Positions 9,814 to 16,522 of a DNA stretch of 64,000 nt are shown here, one piece after another. Numbering within the stretch: position 1 is the first letter of the stretch; the number at the start of each line of letters is the position of its first letter. This DNA is from an uncultured Bacilli bacterium. Lineage in GTDB: Bacteria > Bacillota_I > Bacilli_A > RF39 > UBA660. The position numbers and the translations under genes are program-made. The notes beneath the pieces are model-generated. The model had not been told where the DNA came from and searched no databases. It saw nothing but the letters and a program-made list of their open reading frames with translations. The stretch lies in contig CALVQE010000002.1 of NCBI GenBank assembly GCA_944355355.1, positions 704-64,703 on the forward strand. The letters are read 5' to 3'.

Positions 9814-10328
9814 AATATTGGTACGATGGCCGAGGCCATTTAAATGAATTTTCCCCTGAAACACAAAGTGAATTATTATGTTACCCAGATCTTTTAGATC
9901 CACGCAACTATGCCTTAAACTATATTTGCAGTGAACAAGAAACTTATCAAGTCTTAAGAGGAAAGTTTTTAAAATATCATATGTGGGCTATTCGCGAACT
10001 ATATCGAACAATTCCAAATTTAACAAAGATACTAAATTATCGCGATCTAGCCGAAACTGTTCATCAAGAAAATGATTTTCATTTAGTTTCCAATCACTAT
10101 ATGCTTTTTTATTATGGAGATCCTAGTAACGAGATAAGCAATCCATGGGGCTATATCTATTTTCCAGAAACTCTTTCGGATTATAAAAAAAAATGCTTAG
10201 AAAACGTCCTTTCTTATTTTGAAGTGTATAACTTTCTTTTTCTAATGCAAAAAGAAGATGAGCGTCTTGTACCACTGAATAAGAATCCAGAAGATTTTAT
10301 GCCAACCTTAAGAAAAATGTGTCGTTAA
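9810..10328 (+). CDS. Hypothetical protein
   Basis: ATGA overlap with the previous gene. No family recognised. Confidence 0.5.
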   Translation: MKYWYDGRGHLNEFSPETQSELLCYPDLLDPRNYALNYICSEQETYQVLRGKFLKYHMWAIRELYRTIPNLTKILNYRDLAETVHQENDFHLVSNHYMLFYYGDPSNEISNPWGYIYFPETLSDYKKKCLENVLSYFEVYNFLFLMQKEDERLVPLNKNPEDFMPTLRKMCR

Positions 10329-10382
10329 TGGCATGGAATGGTTGCTTTTAATATATTCAAAAGTATCATAATGATTGAGGGC

Positions 10383-10496
10383 AAAAAAAGACACTCTAAC
10401 GCATTATTAGAGTGTCAAACCCAACTAAATTGGAGGTGACATTCGCTTGCAAAATCAAATGTTCCTCTTTTTTTATTTTATGCAAGTTTCCTTGAC
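10383..10496 (-). ncRNA. Predicted small RNA (~114 nt), orphan promoter-to-terminator unit
   Basis: A minus-strand promoter (next feature) is followed about 110 nt later by the hairpin gacactcta / tagagtgtc (10390-10416) and a U7 run (10383-10389). The RNA contains the anti-SD-like sequence gucaccuccaa. Confidence 0.4.
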
Positions 10497-10502
10497 ATAT
10501 TC

Positions 10503-10531
10503 ATAATACCAAAAAAACATGCTAAAATCAA
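10503..10531 (-). promoter_or_regulatory. Sigma-A-type promoter (minus strand) for the sRNA candidate
   Basis: On the minus strand: ttgatt (10531-10526), 17-nt spacer, tattat (10508-10503) preceded by TGg (extended -10). Confidence 0.5.
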
Positions 10532-10660
10532 TATTTTTCCAGCGTGGAATTATAGGTTATTCATTGAAAAAGTAAACAAAGTTCTCATATTTTAAGTGTT
10601 TTAATAAACAAAATTTAAGAAAAATATGCCACGAAAGAAAAAACGTGTTATAATACTTAT

Positions 10661-10855
10661 GAAATCGTTAAAGAAAGACAAGTAGTGAATGTTTTTTATT
10701 GTAGAGAGATTGTGGTTGGTGGAAACAATTATAAAATCATTCATGAATCTCCTTTCTAGAGAAATTAATCATTTCCGGGGGAGTCCCGTTATCACAGTGA
10801 GTAAAAATAAGGATGGTACCGTCTATATGACTCCTTTAAGTACTATCCTTTTTTC
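10661..10855 (+). promoter_or_regulatory. T-box leader, Ser specifier (UCU/UCC)
   Basis: Upstream extended -10, tgttataat (10646-10654). agagag...ggttggtggaaac aligns with the thrS leader, which places UCU/UCC (10748-10752) in the specifier position. T-box aaggatggtaccg (10809-10821). Terminator ggatggtac / gtactatcc plus a T-run. The ORF-track N-terminus (10689-10868) is this leader, not coding sequence. Confidence 0.7.
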
Positions 10856-10868
10856 TTTGGAGGCACAT

Positions 10869-11357
10869 ATGTTTACAGAAGAGCAAATCAAGTTTTATCG
10901 AAACAAAAGCATTTATAATCGATCCATGGTCTTAGTAAAAGCCCTTTTTAATGATAAAAGTGATAAAGCCCATAAAAACTATATGGACCATCTAAGACAT
11001 GTTAGCAACGATTTCAAAAATCCTAGATTAAAATCCATGGCTTTAATGCACGATGTTTTGGAAGACACACCTGTAACAAGTGAAGATTTACGAAATTTGG
11101 GTTATGACCACGACTTCATTACAGTATTAGAAATCCTGACAAATACATATGATTCTTATGATGAATATATTGATCACCTCGTTGCTTCGAATAACAAAAA
11201 TGCTTTGGCTATAAAACTAAAAGATTTGCTTCATAATATGGATTTATTAAGACTAGAAAAAGTCACAGAAAAAGACTTGCAAAGAACAAAAAAATACATA
11301 AAAGCATATTGTAAAATTATTGAAAAAATGAAAGGTGAGGAAAATGATAGATATTAA
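10869..11357 (+). CDS. HD-domain protein, small alarmone hydrolase (SpoT/Mesh1-type)-like
   Basis: Start at ggaggcacatATG. HLRHV...MALMHDVLEDTPVT matches the HD(p)ppGpp-hydrolase motif (H...HD...ED). Confidence 0.65.
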   Translation: MFTEEQIKFYRNKSIYNRSMVLVKALFNDKSDKAHKNYMDHLRHVSNDFKNPRLKSMALMHDVLEDTPVTSEDLRNLGYDHDFITVLEILTNTYDSYDEYIDHLVASNNKNALAIKLKDLLHNMDLLRLEKVTEKDLQRTKKYIKAYCKIIEKMKGEENDRY

Positions 11358-12636
11358 ATTAATTCGGGAAAATCCAGAAAAAGTAAAGGAAAATATTAAA
11401 AAGAAATTTCAAGAAGAAAAGTTGCCTCTAGTAGATGAGGTGGCTTTATTAGACGAACAAAATCGGACGTTAAAACTAAAAGGTGATACTTTAAGAAAAG
11501 AACGCAATGAAACGAGTAGCATGATTGGCGTTCTATTAAAAGAAGGAAAGAAAGAAGAAGCTGAAGAAAAGAAAAAAAGAGTAGGTAAAATCAACGAAGA
11601 ATTAGAAAACATTGAAAAAGAAGAATCTACTCTTACTGCTCAAATCAAAGAAAAAATGATGATTATTCCAAACATCATTGATGACAGTGTACCAATCGGT
11701 AAAGATGACTCTGAAAATGTTGAAATTGAAAAATTTGGAGAACCAGCTGTGCCAGATTACGAAATTCCATATCATGCCGATATCTTTGAACGAGTAGGTG
11801 GTTTAGATAAAGATTCTGCAGGTCGTGTAAGTGGTAATGGTTTTTATTATCTTATGGGCAATATTGCTAGACTTTCATCAGCTATGTTGTCTTATGCTAG
11901 AGACTTTATGATCGATAAAGGCTTCACATACTGTATACCACCATTTATGATTCGCAGCGATGTAGTTACTGGTGTTATGTCTTTTGCTGAAATGGATGCC
12001 ATGATGTATAAAATTGAAGGAGAAGACTTGTATCTAATTGGAACAAGTGAACATAGTATGATCGGTAAATTTAAAGGTCAACTGATCGATGAAAGTAAAC
12101 TTCCAATCACGATGACATCATATTCTCCATGTTTCCGTAAAGAAGTCGGGGCTCATGGTATTGAAGAACGTGGTATCTACCGTGTTCATCAGTTTGAAAA
12201 ACAAGAAATGATTGTTCTATGTAAACCAAAAGAGGCTATGGACTGGTATAATAAAATGTGGTCTTATACCGTTGAATTGTTCCGTAATATGGATATTCCA
12301 GTTCGCACTCTTGAATGTTGCTCAGGCGATTTAGCAGATTTAAAAGTAAAATCTTGTGATGTTGAAGCATGGAGTCCAAGACAACAAAAATATTTTGAAG
12401 TAGGTTCTTGCTCAACTCTAGGTGATGCGCAAGCAAGAAGATTGCAAATTAGAATGAAAACAGACCATGGCAACGAATACTTAGCAACTCTAAATAATAC
12501 AGTACTCGCCAATACAAGAGCTTTGATTGCCTTAGTAGAAAACAATTATTTGGAGGACGGCAGTATCAAAATTCCTAAAGTATTACAACCTTATATGGGT
12601 GGTTTAAAAGTCATTAAACCAGTAGATAACAAGTAG
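11344..12636 (+). CDS. serS: Serine--tRNA ligase
   Basis: MIDIKLIRENPEKV N-terminal coiled coil. Class II core with FRKE and YRVHQFEK. RBS aaaggtgagg. Confidence 0.95.
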   Translation: MIDIKLIRENPEKVKENIKKKFQEEKLPLVDEVALLDEQNRTLKLKGDTLRKERNETSSMIGVLLKEGKKEEAEEKKKRVGKINEELENIEKEESTLTAQIKEKMMIIPNIIDDSVPIGKDDSENVEIEKFGEPAVPDYEIPYHADIFERVGGLDKDSAGRVSGNGFYYLMGNIARLSSAMLSYARDFMIDKGFTYCIPPFMIRSDVVTGVMSFAEMDAMMYKIEGEDLYLIGTSEHSMIGKFKGQLIDESKLPITMTSYSPCFRKEVGAHGIEERGIYRVHQFEKQEMIVLCKPKEAMDWYNKMWSYTVELFRNMDIPVRTLECCSGDLADLKVKSCDVEAWSPRQQKYFEVGSCSTLGDAQARRLQIRMKTDHGNEYLATLNNTVLANTRALIALVENNYLEDGSIKIPKVLQPYMGGLKVIKPVDNK

Positions 12637-12665
12637 ACATTTTATGACGATTGTCTACTTTTTTG
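12633..12665 (+). terminator. Rho-independent terminator
   Basis: gtagaca / tgtctac hairpin overlapping the serS stop, followed by a T-run. Confidence 0.7.
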
Positions 12666-12686
12666 GCTTATTTCTAAAAAAATAGA

Positions 12687-12714
12687 TTGGCAACCCATTA
12701 AAGTATGGTACAAT
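12687..12714 (+). promoter_or_regulatory. Sigma-A-type promoter for the SPFH/zinc-ribbon module
   Basis: ttggca (12687-12692), 16-nt spacer, tacaat (12709-12714) preceded by TGg. Confidence 0.5.
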
Positions 12715-12820
12715 GAAAAAGGATAGAGAGATTATAAACGTTAAGTGTGGAGTTTAAACTAAGTATAACTCTCGTGTTAATCGACTATCAAAAGAAATGC
12801 TAAAGAAAAGAGGTATATTT

Positions 12821-14056
12821 ATGGGTTTTATTAAAGCATTTACTGGCGCATTGGGTGGCGCTTTTGCAGATCAATGGAAAGATTTCTATGGTCCAAGAGG
12901 AGGTGTGCCTAGTACTGCAGCCATTTTTGAAGCAGTTCCACAAGGGACGAATGCTGGACGTGGTTCAAATACTCAAGGTTCTGAAAATATCATTACCAAT
13001 GGTAGTAAAATCATTGTTCCTGAAGGAACAGCATTAATCACATTACAAGACGGAGCTATTACAGGATTAATAGCTGAACCAGGAGGATTTATTTATACAT
13101 CAGATGATCCAAATTCTAAATCAATGTTCTCAGGAAATGGTATTCTATCATCAACAATAGGACAATCTTGGGAAAGATTTAAATTTGGTGGTCAACCAGG
13201 ATCTGAACAAACAGCATTTTATGTTAACTTAAAAGAAATTCCAAATAATCGGTTTGGTACTCAATCTGAAATTTATTGGGATGATGCATACTTAAATGCT
13301 CAAGTAGGAGCAATGACAAGAGGAACATATACGTTAAAAATTGTTGATCCATTATTATTTGTCAAAAACTTTGTTCCTGCAAAATACTTACAACCAGGAG
13401 CACCTGTTTTCGATTTTGCAGATATGGATAATGACGCAGGAACACAATTATTTAATGAAGTAGTAAGTAGCTTATCCGCAGCTTTCTCACAATATACAAA
13501 TGATCCAAATAAAGGGAATCGTATTTCGAAAATTCAAGGTGATCAAATAGGCTTTGCTCAGTCTTTATCTGCTGCTGTAGAAGAAGGTTATCAATGGAAG
13601 TCTGATCGTGGCCTTGAAATTGTCAAAGTAGCAATTCAAGCAATTGAATACGATGAAGATTCTAAAGCATTACTAAGCGATGTTAAAAAGGCTGATGCCC
13701 TATCAGGTTCAAGAGGCAATGCTTTCATGCAACAAGCTGTTGCTCGTGGTGTTCAAGCTGCTGGTGAAAACGAAAATGGTGGCGGAGCTGCCATGGCCTT
13801 TATGGGAATGGGTATGAATGCTGCTGGCGGTATGATGCAAGGTGTTGCCCAACCTGCTACAAATCAACCAAATCCATTTATTAATGTTGGCCAAGCTCAA
13901 CCAAGCACTCAACCTGTTCAACCAACTCAAACATCAGCCCAACCAGCTCAAGAAGATCTATATGCAAAATTAACAGAACTAAAAAAACTATTAGATAATG
14001 GTGTGATTACTGCGGAAGATTTTGAGGCAGCCAAGAAAAAATTGCTAGGAATTTAA
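12821..14056 (+). CDS. SPFH (band-7) family protein of the COG4260 / YdjI 'virion core protein-like' type, with a C-terminal SHOCT domain
   Basis: N-terminus MGFIKAFTGALGGAFADQWKDFY is typical of this family. Gly/Met/Gln-rich linker. The C-terminal LYAKLTELKKLLDNGVITAEDFEAAKKKLLGI matches SHOCT. Confidence 0.8.
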   Translation: MGFIKAFTGALGGAFADQWKDFYGPRGGVPSTAAIFEAVPQGTNAGRGSNTQGSENIITNGSKIIVPEGTALITLQDGAITGLIAEPGGFIYTSDDPNSKSMFSGNGILSSTIGQSWERFKFGGQPGSEQTAFYVNLKEIPNNRFGTQSEIYWDDAYLNAQVGAMTRGTYTLKIVDPLLFVKNFVPAKYLQPGAPVFDFADMDNDAGTQLFNEVVSSLSAAFSQYTNDPNKGNRISKIQGDQIGFAQSLSAAVEEGYQWKSDRGLEIVKVAIQAIEYDEDSKALLSDVKKADALSGSRGNAFMQQAVARGVQAAGENENGGGAAMAFMGMGMNAAGGMMQGVAQPATNQPNPFINVGQAQPSTQPVQPTQTSAQPAQEDLYAKLTELKKLLDNGVITAEDFEAAKKKLLGI

Positions 14057-14058
14057 TT

Positions 14059-15549
14059 ATGCAAGGGAATAATTTAGAAAATTTATCTTCCCAAACTGAA
14101 TCTCCAACGATTGTAGAAACAGACATCGGGGCTAAAGACGGTCAAAACAAATGCCCAAAGTGTGGGGCGACTGATATCTCATTAAATCCGTCTAATGGAC
14201 GTTTGAGATGCAATTATTGTCGTCATGAATTTGATCCGGTTAAAGCTGTAGGAATAGATACAGATATTAGTAAACTTGAAGGACAAGTTTTAGGGTCTGG
14301 AGCACAGGACATAGTGGCCGATGCAAATGACATAGTTACTTTTAAGTGTAGTAGCTGCGGAGCAGAAGTTGTCATAGATACATCTTCTGCCTCTCAAGCT
14401 CGTTGTCACTGGTGCCGTAATACTTTATCTGTAAATCAACAGATTCCAAATGGTGCTATCCCCGATATGCTTTTGCCTTTTAAAATCACCAAAAGTGATG
14501 CAGAAGCAAAGATTCAGGACTTTGTTAAAAAAAGACAGTTTTATGCTCATCCAAAATTTAAAGCGGAATTTACTTCTGAAAATATTATGGGCGTTTATTT
14601 TCCTTATATGGTTGTTGATATGAATGCTCATGCCCTTTTAGTTGGGGAAGGGGAACATACAACACGTAAATATGTAAGAAGAAATGGTGATCATACTGAA
14701 ACGTATTATGATGCTGATGTTTATGCTGTTGAAAGAGAATTTGATGTCACCATTCATGGACTTACTGTTGAGTCTAATAAAGATCGACTAAATAAAAACG
14801 CCTCAGATAAAACAAATAACGTAATCAATGCCATCATGCCTTTTGACATTGAAAATTGTGTCCAATACAACGCTAACTATTTAAAGGGATATACATCTGA
14901 AAAAAGAGATGTGAACGTCGATGCCTTAAAAGGACATGTAACTAGTCAAGCGACCGATATTGCTAAATTTGCAGCCAACGATTCACTTTCCCAATACGAT
15001 CGTGGAGTAGCTTGGGCTACGCAAAACGTTAATGTTAGAGGTGAACAATGGAAATCGGCTTATTTGCCAGTTTGGCTATACAGTTATCAGCAAGTAAATG
15101 GAGATAAGAAAATCTTACACTATGTAGCTGTAAACGCAAGAACAAAAGAAACAATGGGCAGTGTGCCAATTTATATGCCAAAATTACTCGGAGTTTCATT
15201 CATCATTGAAATTTTAGGAATATTTGCAATGTTATTTATTGATTTTGATTATAGTTTTTTATTTGCTACAATAGGTTTTATTTATTTCTTTGTAATTTTA
15301 GCAAAATATCGTAATTTTAATGCTCGTCATAAGTACGAAACTGAGACCAAAACAAATGTCTCAAATATGAGAAAACAGGATCGTTTTATAACGAAAAGAA
15401 AAGGCTTATCAAATGCCAAAATTCATGGTGCAAACAACACAAGTGTAACCGGAGAAAGCCTAGGAAATGCCTTGATTAATTCTTTTGTCGACAATAGTAT
15501 TGTTTCTAGTTTTATAAAAGATGATTCAAATGAAAGTGAAGGGAAGTAG
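14059..15549 (+). CDS. Zinc-ribbon protein (two TFIIB-type ribbons) with a C-terminal TM hairpin, YdjG-like
   Basis: CPKCG...CNYCRHEF and CSSCG...CHWCRNTL. Hydrophobic stretch LLGVSFIIEILGIFAMLFIDFDYSFLFATIGFIYFFVILA. Only a 2-nt gap to the SPFH gene. Confidence 0.7.
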   Translation: MQGNNLENLSSQTESPTIVETDIGAKDGQNKCPKCGATDISLNPSNGRLRCNYCRHEFDPVKAVGIDTDISKLEGQVLGSGAQDIVADANDIVTFKCSSCGAEVVIDTSSASQARCHWCRNTLSVNQQIPNGAIPDMLLPFKITKSDAEAKIQDFVKKRQFYAHPKFKAEFTSENIMGVYFPYMVVDMNAHALLVGEGEHTTRKYVRRNGDHTETYYDADVYAVEREFDVTIHGLTVESNKDRLNKNASDKTNNVINAIMPFDIENCVQYNANYLKGYTSEKRDVNVDALKGHVTSQATDIAKFAANDSLSQYDRGVAWATQNVNVRGEQWKSAYLPVWLYSYQQVNGDKKILHYVAVNARTKETMGSVPIYMPKLLGVSFIIEILGIFAMLFIDFDYSFLFATIGFIYFFVILAKYRNFNARHKYETETKTNVSNMRKQDRFITKRKGLSNAKIHGANNTSVTGESLGNALINSFVDNSIVSSFIKDDSNESEGK

Positions 15550-15554
15550 TTTAT

Positions 15555-16508
15555 ATGATTTGTCCAAATTGTAAAGCCCAAAATATCGATGGCTCAAATT
15601 TCTGTGTAAAGTGTGGTAAAGCGATGACTACGCCACCTCAAAATGACAATATTTTTTCGAATGTCCAAACGCCAGTTACGCCAAATAATGTTGGGGTAGA
15701 ACCCGTACAAGTGAATTCTCCAAGTCAAAATATACCATCTGGGATGGCCAGTTTTGTTAGCGCAGGACCAAGTGTTTCTCCACAACCGACCCAAAATGTG
15801 GAATCACCTGCCGTTACTACACCAGTGGTTTCGAGAACTTCTAGTATAACCATAAAAAATTATTTCTTTATCATTTTAGCTGTAATTTTAAAACCATTTA
15901 CAGCTATAAAAGAAGAACTAGCCAAATTTAGTGATTTAAAAAACTCGGCTATTTTAACTGGAATTGTTGCTATAATTGCAACACTTGCGTCTTTAATTCA
16001 AACGATGATGAACGCCGTTGTTGTAACCAATTACAACATCTTAAAAGGAACGACAACCACTTGGGTATGGGACAATTTAAAAAATGTAGAATACGTTAAA
16101 GTGATTGGCACAAATCTTCTTGCTTATGCTGGAGGAATTGCCGCCATTGCAGCTGTTTATTATATTGCTAGTGCTATTTTAAAACGTCAAGCTAACTTTG
16201 CACGTCTTCTTGGATTAGGAGCTTTAAGTGCCGTTCCATTCTTACTTTGTGCTTTAGTAATAGCACCATTACTGTCTTTGATTTATGCTCCACTTGGAAT
16301 AGTCGTAACAATCTTTGGACTAGTATATACCATTTTAATTTTATATGAAGGTGTAGGTCAAGAAATTCCAATGGAAGGAAATCAAAAATATTATTTTCAT
16401 TTGATTTGCTTATCAATCTTACTTGTTGCTGCTTACTACGTTTACATTAAGTTTTTTACCGTAACTGTAAGTGATGAATTAGATAATATTTTGGATTTAT
16501 TAAAATAA
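15555..16508 (+). CDS. Zinc-ribbon, Pro-rich linker and five-TM (Yip1-like) membrane protein
   Basis: MICPNCKAQNIDGSNFCVKCG, then a P/Q/V-rich linker, then multiple TM helices. Confidence 0.7.
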   Translation: MICPNCKAQNIDGSNFCVKCGKAMTTPPQNDNIFSNVQTPVTPNNVGVEPVQVNSPSQNIPSGMASFVSAGPSVSPQPTQNVESPAVTTPVVSRTSSITIKNYFFIILAVILKPFTAIKEELAKFSDLKNSAILTGIVAIIATLASLIQTMMNAVVVTNYNILKGTTTTWVWDNLKNVEYVKVIGTNLLAYAGGIAAIAAVYYIASAILKRQANFARLLGLGALSAVPFLLCALVIAPLLSLIYAPLGIVVTIFGLVYTILILYEGVGQEIPMEGNQKYYFHLICLSILLVAAYYVYIKFFTVTVSDELDNILDLLK

Positions 16509-16522
16509 AAGGATGTGAGAAT

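Noticed and set aside
10689-10868. The N-terminal 60 codons of ORF-track entry 10689-11357.
   Set aside because: This stretch contains the complete Ser T-box leader, including its terminator. The real start is ATG 10869, after ggagg.
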